Origin: Octopus vulgaris
Lineage: Eukaryota
Direction: 5' to 3'
Assembly (NCBI GenBank): GCA_951406725.2
Contig: OX597834.1
Coordinates: forward strand, 13,454,001 to 13,518,000
Length of the DNA: 64,000 nt
Position numbers and translations under genes: made by a program. Position 1 is the first letter of the stretch. Each line of letters starts with the position of its first letter. Shown here piece by piece: positions 12,981 to 25,067 of this stretch. The notes below the pieces were generated by a model. It searched no databases, was not told the DNA's origin, and was given only the letters and a program-made list of their open reading frames with translations.

Positions 12981-13193
12981 TTGTGTGTTTGTCCCCCTAG
13001 CATTGCTTGACAACCGATGCTGGTGTGTTTACCTCCCCGTCACTTAGCGGTTCGGCAAAAGAGACCGGTAGAATAAGTACTGGGCTTACAAAGAATAAGT
13101 CCCGGGGTCGACTTGCTCGACTAAAGGCGGTGCTCCAGCATGGCCGCAGTCAAATGACTGAAACAAGTAAAAGAAAGTAAAAGAATAAAAAGA
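12309..13193 (+). mobile_element. SINE family A, split at its internal (TA)n by an inverted family A copy
   Basis: 5' half 12309-~12468 and 3' half ~12965-13193 together make one full copy. Confidence 0.88.
12524..12941 (-). mobile_element. SINE family A, full length, nested in the previous copy
   Basis: Complete reverse-complement copy flanked by TA repeats on both sides. Confidence 0.92.
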
Positions 13194-14112
13194 ATTCCAA
13201 TTGTGGTGGTTTTGTAGGAGATTTCAAACTGGATCAAACCTCGACCTTCCTTGACGATCGACGTCTGCCTTCGAGTTGTGCATCTTATTGCCAGTCAACA
13301 GCTAACGGATTTTCCTGTCACACTTCTTTACTTCTCTCATATTCTAGTTCAACACATTGAAACTGTAAATAACAACAGGAAATGATAAGGAATTTATAAC
13401 TAACACTTCGTTACGTGCATTTAACTCGAATTTTCGGACTGCTCAAACTCTTCTGTAACACTACTTCTTCAACTTCTCTTCATAATTACATGCTGAATGC
13501 CAGAGCCGCCATTTATTCCGAAGTATTTGTAATTTATTCCTGCTCGAGTTCTTTTATGACTGTCAACATCCAACTCCACTGAATGTGATGTCTTCAATTT
13601 CCCTTCCTGGAAAGTGGCTTTCGCAAAATATGAAGACCGAATTCCAATCCATTGCAATCTAGTGTGATGTTGCTACTCATAACTAGTTTTCCTTTCAAGG
13701 TTGCTGTGGCACATTTTTCTAAGCACACTTTCATATCTATTTCTTTGGTAAATCCTTGTATTGTCTGCAGTAGTGTTTCGAGCTAGCTGTTTATCATTTA
13801 TAGTGTATAGGTTTAGTTCATCCATATCTAAGAGGTGGCTAATCGTTTTGCCATAACATTTGTGTCCGCATCCAGTTCTATTTAGCATGTCTGATAAAGG
13901 TGTCAGTACCAAACAGAAAAGGAATGGAGAGAGCGTGTATCCCTGGAATGTTCCTCCTCTAATGGAGATGGCTTTGTCTGCAATTTATTCATAGAGTGTC
14001 TTATGTATTTCATAATTATTGTTGCTACCTAGCTCATGGCTTATAATTATTGGTGCTACATTGTACATGGCTTATGCTACCTTGTTCATGGCTAGTACTA
14101 CCTTGTTCATGA

Positions 14113-14670
<558 letters not shown>

Positions 14671-15049
14671 GCAAACTCGTTATTATTATAGCCGGTTTTC
14701 ACATTGGAATCAATTGTATGAGTTATATATTTGGTTAACGTAGCTTTTATTTTAACCATGATTGCTTCATTTTCTTGAGAAAGTTTCTCTTGCCACATGT
14801 AGATATATACTTCGCATCCACAAGGAAGACATTTGGTTAATTATTATTGCTTCCTTTCTATAAAGCATAAATTCATTTCACCATGGTTTACAATGATGGC
14901 AGTGAGATATAACTACTAACATAATGGCTACAAACACTTCCTCCTTCCTATCATCATATTAGAAATGACAATTGTCTGTATCGCTCCACTTCTTCTAGTG
15001 ACATTAAAGGCAGTAACAACAACTATTCCTGCATTGATAATATTGATTT

Positions 15050-15600
15050 TCAACATAGGCAAAATGCCACACATTTTAGATCGAATACAATCACTCAGAC
15101 TCTTCAATATGTAAGTAATGTATCCAGCATTGCAAACGTTTCGATATTGGTGTGTTGGGTTCCCAATCATCAATTGGAGGGTTCCATTCTTGACGAACCG
15201 GCGTGCTTTGTTGATAATGATCACTAACTTTCACATTGTCACAGGTTATGCGAGAGAAAACGTGTACAAGATTGGTACCGAATTTGTTCCCTTCGATACG
15301 GAGGAGGAAAATTCTGTACAACTCTATTTTCAATGTCTTATTTTTATATCTATTGGTGAATACATATGGACTTAAATATATTGGAGAATGAATGGTACAC
15401 ATTACCATGGCACGTACGCTTTTGGGTGAGGGCCGGTTTTTCTGTATAAATCTGAAGGGTGTGAAATGGAAAGTCAGTTGTGACAAAATGCTACACGCTG
15501 TTAGCTTTTTCAGTCGAGAACAGATTCTGGTTCATAATGATGATTATTCATGCCCAGTGCTTTCACATGATGTTTATTATCGGGACTGATGAATCTAACG
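15050..15600 (+). pseudogene. Decayed mariner (DD34D) transposase
   Basis: CWVP (~WVPH.L) near 15152; HIVTGYARENVYK (~RIVTGDEKWVYY) near 15232; ILVHNDD (~ILLHDNA) and VLSHDVYYRD (~VLPHPPYSPD) at 15524-15586; frameshifted. Confidence 0.65.
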
Positions 15601-15701
15601 AGAGATGATGGTCTAACCTAACGTTTTCAGCAAAGAACTAACATTTTCGGCAACGAAACTGTAGATAATACGTAGTCGCATCTGACCGCCGATGATATAC
15701 C

Positions 15702-16096
15702 TATTTCTTTACTACCCACAAGGGGATAAACACAGAAAGGACAAACAAGGACAGACAAACGGATTAAGCGGAATTTGAACTCACAACGTAACGGCAGACG
15801 AAATACGGCTACGCATTTCGCCCTGCGTGTTATTGTTTCTGCCAGCTCGCCGCCTTAGATGATATACCTATTTCTTTATTACCCACAAGGGGCTAAACAC
15901 AAAGAGGACAAACAAGGACAGACAAACGGATTAAGTCGATTACATCGACCCCACTGCGTAACTGGTACTTAATTAATCGACACCGAAAGAAAGAAAGCCA
16001 AATTCGACCTCGGCGGAATTTGAATTCAGAACGTAACGGCAGACGAAATACGGCTACGCATTTCGCCCGGCGTGCTAAAGTTTCTACCAGCTCGCC
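15702..16096 (-). mobile_element. SINE family C (tRNA head, central gcctttcatcctttcggggtcgataaa..aagtaccag domain, MetaSINE-like), two tandem copies
   Basis: Copy 15702-15857 is internally deleted; copy 15869-16096 is near complete; both match 43574 and 44551. Confidence 0.85.
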
Positions 16097-17037
16097 GATG
16101 ATATACCGTCATATACACGGTGACGAACGAGATTCAAAATGTTGGCTTGCTTCTTTATTCTTAATGCGCTCTAGCAAATTGGAATATGAATACGACAATC
16201 GCTTTTGTGTTGCGCACAGGAGAACAACTTCCTATTTAAGAAGAATACATGTTTCTAACACACTGGAATCATTAATACAAAAGATTCTAGGAAACTGGTG
16301 TTTCGACATGGCGTATTTTTTTAATACAGAAGACGAAGCGATAATGCCATTGGTTTGCTCAGCATTAAATCTGCCTGAACGCGTAGTTTTGGATCGTATT
16401 GTCCACCGTGTAGAGACGATTCATTAATGATGTTTAACTTTTAGTAAATCTTACAAACTCACATTTTCATCGTCTTAAATCAAATGATTACAATCAAACA
16501 CATTGAAACTGAATAATAAATTGTTTGGAGATTTATCTGCCATACGGTATATTTGATTTTTTTTTAAAGCAAACTACATGAACACAGACATTTTGGCTGG
16601 AGCAACAAGAAGCTAAATAAACGCTATTATGCCGTTTTGGCTACTAAGTAAATGACAATTTCTTCGTTGAAGTGTTGAAGTTAAATTTAATTTTTATTAA
16701 TACAACCTTTCTGAATGAAATGTAATTACAAGTGCAATCCATTCAGACCTATGAAATATGATAAAAGCTATTCTTTCTCTCTTCATTTCCTAATATGGGT
16801 GACTATAAATCAAATAACTAAATTATAAATTTGTTTCATTGTGTTTTTTTTTTCTTTTTTTTTATGTAACACGTCATTCGTCAAGTCTTCATGTCTCAAT
16901 TAGTCTATATTTATTTTGCTGAGATGAAATGTTATGATAGCGAAATGTACTTATATGATGTATATTATGTGATGAAAGTAACTATATTTCAAAAATTGGA
17001 TCTAATTAGATAGTTTTATTTTATTAAACTAACGTCG

Positions 17038-17092
<55 letters not shown>

Positions 17093-17093
17093 T

Positions 17094-17125
<32 letters not shown>

Positions 17126-17126
17126 C

Positions 17127-17183
<57 letters not shown>

Positions 17184-17189
17184 GTAAAT

Positions 17190-17225
<36 letters not shown>

Positions 17226-18974
17226 ATATATATGTATGTATGAATGTGTATATATGTATATATGAATGTTTAAATTGACAATATCCTAACGAATATTTTT
17301 GTTTCCTTTCATCTTATTTTATGTTCAATGATAACAAATATCTTAAGATACAAATATATTAAGTCAATAAATGTATGTTTCTATAAGTTTTAGTAGTAAA
17401 ATATCAAAAGAATTTATGTGTGGGTATGTATGGCATGTACGTAACGTTTTATTAACGTAACGTATTATTAAGCATCGTATTAATTTTGCTGAAATTTCGA
17501 AATATGAATACGACAAAGAAATTTTCAATTTTAGAAATATATGGATGAACTCAAACACAACTTATCTTACAATTCACGATCTCACTATCTTTGTTAGTAC
17601 ACTACCAATATCTTACGGATATTAGGAAAATATTTCTATGTAATTCTACGATTTTCGTTTCTTGTATTACTTTCAATAAATATCTGTATGTCGTAAAATT
17701 TTACAAACTAATAAAGAAAAGGTTTGAAACATGGTCGGGGATAAAAAAAAAAAGAAATCGAAATATAGACGTATTGAATATAGTTTACATACTTTTCGAT
17801 AGGAGACATTTCTTTCAATGCAAGTGAAAATATTCTTCTCAGACAAGTGAATGTTGTAATGGTTTTTCCTCCATAATGCACATAAGGTAACAAAAAATAC
17901 ATATATATACATATATATATAATATATATATATATGTATGTGTGTGTGTGTGCATTTGTGTAAGTAAGTGTGTGTGTATCCGTCTGTGTGTGTGTGTGTA
18001 TTCTCTCACAAACACAGATATGCAGTGACGCTGAAATCTAAAAGAGATAAAACTATATATACATACTCACACTCACTCACGAACAGATATACACACACAC
18101 ACACATATATAAAAAGAAATGCATGCACTGAATCTAAGAAAGTTCTTTGGAAAGGAAGGAAGAACGAAGGGATAAAGTGGAAACCAGAATAAAAGTGTTA
18201 GATTGTGTTTAATGTAAAAGCTTTCTCACTAAATTCCTTTCCTAATGTTTTGATCTGGGAGTGCTACAGGAACAATAGAATATGTATTTTATACTGCATT
18301 ACCCAGAATTCATGTGCATGAAATGACAGGTAAGTAGCTATAAGGGAACTAAATGATAACAAAGATCTTTCACCCAAGAGTTGGACAAATTGAATGCCTA
18401 CACACCTTCCAAGTACATTGCATTATGCATATATAACTACAGAAACACGTTTAATATATACGATTACTGCAAGCATGCTCTGAAACAATTACTGTTGTAG
18501 ATGCACGCATCAGGCAGCACCTAAAAATGAATGGCTTTGAAATAAATTTGCTGGTATTCTGTAATGATATTTCTAAGCTACAAGTATATAGCAATATGAA
18601 ACTTTCAACAGTCAAGATTAACACTGAAATTGAATTAATAACTTAAATCCGGTCACTGGTTTATAATCGTCTCCTTATAGCATTTAATTTGTTGACATTC
18701 TGTTGGTGAGGGTTTTTGAGCCACATCGACGTTATTAATTTTATTTTTGTAATTCTTTCTACCTTTTTTTCTTTGCCTCGTCTTTTATATTTTATATTTC
18801 TCTATAGAATACTACTTCGTGTCAATGACTATTTTTCCACATGCTCTCACAATCTGGTACGTTTGGTGTTTTAATACGTCAACCTTTGTTGCATGTGTGA
18901 ATGAAGTTTGACTGTAATTGTCAATGTATTTGTATGTGACGTTCTTTGAGTTGGGAGCAAAACATCAGTACAGT

Positions 18975-19260
18975 GTCGGGGCACCACATTTTATTAATTC
19001 TCAGTCACATGAATCGACCACTGTACATACGCATTTGAAGCCTGGTACGTATTCTGCCTATGCCTTTAGAGGTACGTAAACACACCTTCATCGGTTGTCA
19101 CGCGCTGATAGGTGACAAAGATACAAAACACAAACGCATATTTATACACATATACGACAAGATTCTTTCAATTTCCCTCTGCTAAATCCTCTCATAAGGC
19201 TACCACAAGTATCTAAAAGAAGACACTTCCCCAATGTGCTACGCAATGGACGAAACCCCG
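18975..19260 (-). mobile_element. Old, degenerate SINE family A copy
   Basis: acgtaaacacaccttcatcggttgtca, ttctttcaatttccctctgctaaatcctctcataaggc and agaagacacttcccca match family A blocks. Confidence 0.6.
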
Positions 19261-19989
19261 CAGCATCTTTCGATGTATTTTATTATTTCACACCTATTCA
19301 CTTTTAGCAGAGATGGTAAAATGTGACCATTATTCTCAGAGTTCTTGAATACATTCTCTATTTATACCCAGGATCTATAATATTTTTGGTCTTCTACTAA
19401 ACCATATGTCGAAACCGAAGAACCCCAGTATATCAATGTAGATCCCAAACGAACGTAAAATTCTGTCTCAAACGCTTATAACGGTATATCATAAAGGGAG
19501 GACATAGACGTTCACCCAAATCCATATTCGCGTGTGTCTGTATGTATGTGTGATTGTGTGCGTATGGGATTTGGTAAATGCATATTTATGGATATAAATA
19601 TATATTTGAATATGCACCTGAACAATATTTGCAGAAATAATTACATTCATTTCATCGGCTTCACAACTTCATGATGACACTCTATAACTATTTCAATGTT
19701 CTCATTGTACAATATATAAAAGAAGGGTGCATTGATTTGCTGGGTATCAATAGTGTCTCAATGTAAATTCAATCCATTCTTCATAATTGAATTTATTCCT
19801 TACATCCACTACTTTTGATTTCACAAATTAACTAAGTTGACAAACAACTTAATTGCATTTTCTACAATGGGACGTGTGTTTCCATATATTTATACGATGC
19901 GCTTTCGATTCAGGCGAATGTATTTTTTCAACTATGCTGGGATTTGAAGGAAAAATCGATGATTTAATTTTTTTCTTAAGGTTATCATT

Positions 19990-20700
19990 TGCTCTTTGAT
20001 TTCGCGTCCATTTTTAATCCAAGGCTGTGTTCTACCGCAATGGTAGAATGCTTTAATGAAAGATGCCATATTACTGTTTCCTTTCTACTGTAACATTACT
20101 TTAGGTAGTACCTTCAGCACTTTGTGTCCTTCAAATTTCTCGATTATTGCTTTGTCAAATTCTCTTTCGTAACAGCATATTGCTTTTGGATGTTATATAC
20201 GAATACGGTTTCCATTTTATTGTTTGGCGATTTCATTTTTTTGTTCAGAACATTAAGCTGTCTAACATATTCTTGTGCTAAAATAGACGTTGTTTATGTT
20301 TGTGTGATTTTGAGAGCAGTAAATAACGTATTTTCTATAAATTCCTTGGTCTGCAGTGGACATTGATTCTGATGCACGTGTTCTTTAGGATGACATCTGA
20401 TTGTTTTAGTGCATTCCATTTTGAAATTCCTAGCGTTGCCGATGATATCAATTATGAATTTTTAATTATGTAATTATTCAAGAATGCTGTTCCATAGAAG
20501 GAAATATTCCTGCAAATAATATGTCAACCTGGTCAGTAGTAATTTCCGAAAGTTGATGCATGCTTTAATCCTGATTGCTAATTGTTATCCCAGCTATACA
20601 CAAGCGAACACACAATCATGCAATAACTTTGTAATGACATATCTACAAATTTAGATGAATGAATATCCTAGATATTCTATCAATTATAGACCGACATGTC
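19990..20700 (-). pseudogene. Possible very decayed LINE RT remnant
   Basis: Weak motif traces in order: GNYY*P (~NYRP), INNVYLA (~VDVIYLD), RKETVI (~RKQRVV). Confidence 0.25.
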
Positions 20701-21489
20701 ATTCTGCCATTAACCGCTAACCGTTCCCAAATCGTCCTATCGGTATACTCTAAAAGTACAAGCAACGAACACATATTATGGCTGTGCACTTTAATGTTAT
20801 TTGGTATTTAATAGCCATCCATGAAAAGCACATATGGTTAGATATAGCGCTTACAGCTTACATTAACCACCTGTCCATAAGATAATACGGTCAGAAATCT
20901 TTGACAATATCATTTAATACACCTTCATGGCTGATACTCTGAGATTAGCTGTCAAAGCGGAAACTTACGTTTTGTCTTCCTTATGAACTGGTATGTCATC
21001 AACATTCTTTGTCATGCATGGGTAGACTTTTCGCACAGTAATACAACTACTATTTCCTTTGTTTCTGTCATGTTTTTGTCAGGCAGATATTTTTGTGCAG
21101 ACAACATAACTTCATTCCGAATGTTGGGAATAATTTATGCCAACGATTGAAGAGATATTTACCTGAAGTTTCCATATGTTATATTTTTTCTCTATAAAAC
21201 TTATTTTGTTGTGCGAACAAGTTTCCAGTTCTTCTCTTTGAATATATTATTTAAATAAATATTATTAAATTTACGTATAAGACATTTTTTTAGTATACAT
21301 TCCGTATACATTTAATCGTTGTTGCACTTTTTTTCCCATTCTAAATTTACTTTCACAATTCATAGATGTGCCAAATGTATATTCTCAGCACAATTGCATA
21401 AATAATGACAACGACGACAGCAACATCAACAACAGCAACAAAAACAATCACATCTGTTGCTGTTGGTCTTCTTATTATTATTCTCCGTC

Positions 21490-21955
21490 TTCTATTTTTC
21501 TTCTTCTTCTTCTTCTTCTTCTTCTTCTTCTTCTTCTTCTTCTCTTTCTTCTTCTTCTCCTTCCTCTCCTTCTTTTTCTTCTCTTTCTTTTTCTTCTTCT
21601 TCATCATCTTCGTCGTCTTCTTCTTCTTCTTCTTCTTCTTCTTCTCTTTCTTCTTCTTCTTCTTCTTCTTCTTCTTCTCTTTCTTCTTTTTCTCCTTCTT
21701 TTTTTCTTCTCTTTCTTCTTCTTCATCTTCTTCTTCTTCTTCTTCTTCTTCTTCTTCTTCTCCTTCTTCTTCTTATTCTTCTTCTTCTTCTTATTATTAT
21801 TATTATTGTTGTTGTTGTTGTTGTTCTCCTCCTCCTCCTCCTCCTCCTTCTTCTTCTTCTTCCCATTCTTCTCCTCGTTTTCTTCTTCTTCTTCTTCTTC
21901 TTTTTCTTCGTCGTCGTCTTCTTCTTCAACTTCTTCTTCTTCATCTTCTTCTTTC
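21490..21955. repeat. Compound (CTT)n-dominated trinucleotide tract with short TAT, TGT, CCT and CGT blocks
   Basis: About 460 bp, almost entirely pyrimidine on the + strand. Confidence 0.97.
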
Positions 21956-22991
21956 AATCAAGACTCACGCCATTAGCCACAAAGAATAGACTCTAATTCG
22001 AGCCTACTCTAAGCTACTAAGAATGCGTTTGGCAACTTGAAGATTCACCCACCGCACGCGATAGACTGGCGGTTGCACGGGCGCGAAAAAGCTACGTTGT
22101 TATCCTCATTCCGTAAACGGTGATATTTAACGGTTGGAGAGCTGAACCATCCTTGGGTACAGAGAATTCGCAATCTACACTAGGGTCTGAAAGTTTACCA
22201 CACCATAGTGGGTTACACCATCATTCCTCTGCTTTGTGGCAGAAGTAGGAAGAAAGAGTGAGAGAATCTTGTGGTGAAAGAGTTCAGCTGGGTTCATCCC
22301 CGTATTATGTATGAAATCTATATATAGGGAGCAGTAAAGTTTTCAGAAAATTTTCTATGTATGTCCTGGTACTACTGAAATATTTCCCAATTTTGATTCC
22401 ACGTTTTTATGCTGTCATAGAAGTCTTGCCAAATAAATCTATTCACTAAAACCTTGCTTAATATCAATCAAAATGTATAATTCATTTCAATTATACGACA
22501 TAGATCAAAGCTATTTTCATTTAAAGACTCACTGCCGCCGTATTATAAACTGTTGTTGTGAAAACTTATCCATACACAATTCACACCTTCACAAAAACAA
22601 AAAAAAAAATTAATGATGAAAGTGTGAAATAACTTTTGATTTCTATATTTCATTAAATTATTCATGCCATTTTGTGGATATCGTTCAAAATTAATGAAAT
22701 CCAATTAGACACGGAATTGGATTTCTCTGAAGTTATTTTATAACACCGCATATCCTGTATTCGTCACATTTGTACTGCACTGCTTTTGAGATCGTTATTG
22801 TCAGTTAACTGATATCGTGATAGTCTGGTTTCCAACAATCGCCCATCTTTAATTACTAAACCTCCCCTTTAAATTATACCTCAGTGATGTGAATTTTACC
22901 ATTGTTAAAACTTTACGCCATTTTAACGATGCGTCTGATCACCTGATGTGTTGCAATACTAAGAACTTTCAGTTAACAGTTATTTTTCGAT

Positions 22992-23180
22992 TCTTTTACT
23001 TTTTGCAGTCATTTGGCTGCGGTCAAGCTGGAGTACCGCCTTAAAGAATTTTAGTCGAAGAAAACGAGGTCTACGACTTGTTCTATCGGCCTCTTTTGCC
23101 TAACCAAGAAGTTGTGCAAAACACACCAGCTTCGGGTGTCAGACGACGGCGGGGCGACACAGACACAGACAGACACACAT

Positions 23181-23228
<48 letters not shown>

Positions 23229-23602
23229 GGTTTAAGTAATTGAGATTCAAGTGAGTTCTAATGAATTCACATGAATATGGTCCTTAACTAGGATGCACCG
23301 GAAATCTATATGGTGTTAACCATACGACAAAGTGGGGTGATTACAAATAGGAAAAAAGCAACAAGAATGGATCAATATATCGGTACAATTGTTTCGTACG
23401 AGGACATCTTTGATAAAGCTACAAAAATTGTATATATATATATACAATCGGTTTCTTTCAGTTTCTGTCTACCAAATCCAACACTCACAATGCCCTGAGG
23501 CTATAGTAGAAGACACTTGCCCAAGGTGCCACACACTTGAACTGAACCTGGAACCATGTGGTTGGGAAGCAAACTTCTTACCACCCAGCAACACCTGCGA
23601 CC
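22992..23602 (-). mobile_element. Degenerate SINE family A with a ~200-bp foreign insert (23228-23430) in its internal TA tract
   Basis: 3' part 22992-23195 and 5' part 23445-23602 are collinear with family A. Confidence 0.75.
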
Positions 23603-24484
23603 ATAAATTGTTAATTTCATTGATGCAGAACATTACAAATAATTTCGAGGTAATCACATTCGAAAAATAAGAATGTAATGTCTTATTTTTCGGAATAGGT
23701 TAAAGTGTAGCGTTCGTTATTTTCTAATAGTTATTTCGTCGTGTAAATAGTTATTCAGTAAAACAAAGATACTAATGAAATTCTAAGCTGTCCCCAACTG
23801 CGACACTGAAAATGAAAAAAAAAAATGTTGTTTTAGACATTAATTGTAAAGAACTTCGCAATTAGACACAAATAAACGGATGTCTCCAAGCAGACACAAA
23901 CAAAGCGATTACACAATACAGCTGCGTTTAATTGGGTTACTTTGCGTTTGTGTTGATTTTTTTAATCAGACGCGTTTTAATCATCATTGCAATCTTGCAA
24001 ATAATACCGAAAAATTGTGGAAAGTGAAGAAAAGTGTAAGCAAAAACGCTTAAAGAAAAGAAATATTCTACCACAACTACTTAAATCCGAGGTAACGTTT
24101 TAAAGTTTTGTTCCACGGAACTCCCAGGTCTTAATTACATTCTGTAATATTCTACATAATAATAATTAATCAATTAATCAATAATAACTAATCAATTAAC
24201 TAATAACAATGACACCAAGACACTGCATGAATAAATATTTATTGAGTTCTAATCCTAATCCTAATCTCACCAAATCCATCTCTTTATGCACCCTAAACGT
24301 GTATATATCTATATATGTCTGTCTATTTATCGTCCTACATTTCTCTCCCTCTCACTCTGCCTTTCTATCTATGTACCTGTGTATGTATGTATCTATCTAT
24401 CTATCTGTCATTCTATCCTATGAACCAGAAAGAGAAAGGATGAAAGAGAGCCACTTACTGTAATGTGTTTTTCGCATAACATTA

Positions 24485-24735
24485 TTGTCAGAGGTTACCG
24501 TGGACTTTTCTTTCCACGGATAAACCTAATCTGTTTCCCCTTTTACATTATAACACTTTTGTGTTATAAGATCCCTATTGATCGGCTTTCCTGATTTTTT
24601 TTTTTTTTGTCCATGTTCCGTTTTGGTCGAAATTCTACCCCACCCACTTTTTTTGTTTCCTTCCCAAAAAGAAAAGCTCCACTTTGTATTTTGTCCCTTC
24701 TGTGTTCAGAGTCCTGAACGGCTAATAAAGAAACA
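24485..24735 (+). mobile_element. Probable retroelement 3'UTR remnant (L1/Tx1-like) with hairpins and AATAAA
   Basis: Hairpins ccgtgga..tccacgg and ttataacac..gtgttataa; T-rich; ends aataaagaaa next to (TG)n. Confidence 0.35.
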
Positions 24736-24939
24736 TATCTGTGTGTGTGTGTTTGTCAGTGTGTGCGTATGATTGTGTGTATGTGTGTGTGTGAACATAA
24801 ATATCCCTGTATCAAGCAGCCTATCGAAAGTTCATATATACAGCCATTCACAGTTCGCTTCCTCCAATGAAGCCACCAATAAGGCTAGGCAAGCAGGCCA
24901 ACGTTTACCCACTCAACCAAAAACGAGTCCGTAACGGCG

Positions 24940-25067
24940 CCGTCTCATTTACAGCTGAGTGGACTGGATGAACGTGAAACAAAGCGTTTACCGAAGAAAG
25001 AAATGCACCACTAGGTAAGAAATCGAAACAGCTTTCTTGCGATCATAAGCAAAACACTATCAAACAG
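24940..25067 (-). mobile_element. Remnant of a fourth tRNA-derived SINE family
   Basis: catttacagctgagtggactggatgaacgtgaaac followed by gaaatcgaaac (reverse B box). Confidence 0.45.

Larger units (their letters stand above)
11985..13985 (-). pseudogene. R4/Dong-like non-LTR retrotransposon RT fragment, interrupted by nested SINEs
   Basis: IRGGTFQGYTLSPFLFCLVLTPLS (~RRGIFQGDSLSPLLFCL), ISHLLDMDELNLY (~ISHLLYMDDLKLY), YKYFGI, KEGRGLIQFEISYKTTTIG; continues below the SINEs as NDLMLNIVESHEGLKKLHSVMKES. Confidence 0.8.

Noticed and set aside
12710-13000. Recurrent ORFs such as RQASFSFRLPNPLTR / HAVGLNPEPCGW / MVVIPAVLFHHNF
   Set aside because: The recurrence reflects SINE copies, not a protein family.
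14928-15486. Minus-strand ORFs that superficially resemble a Cys-loop/chemotactile receptor (FVKNGTLQLM, hydrophobic tail)
   Set aside because: The plus strand has four mariner transposase motifs in the right order; the minus ORFs are antisense shadows with no Cys-loop or WxPD motif.
21353-21996. Poly-L/F/S/K/E/R ORFs of up to 202 aa
   Set aside because: Translations of a (CTT)n tract that is open in most frames.
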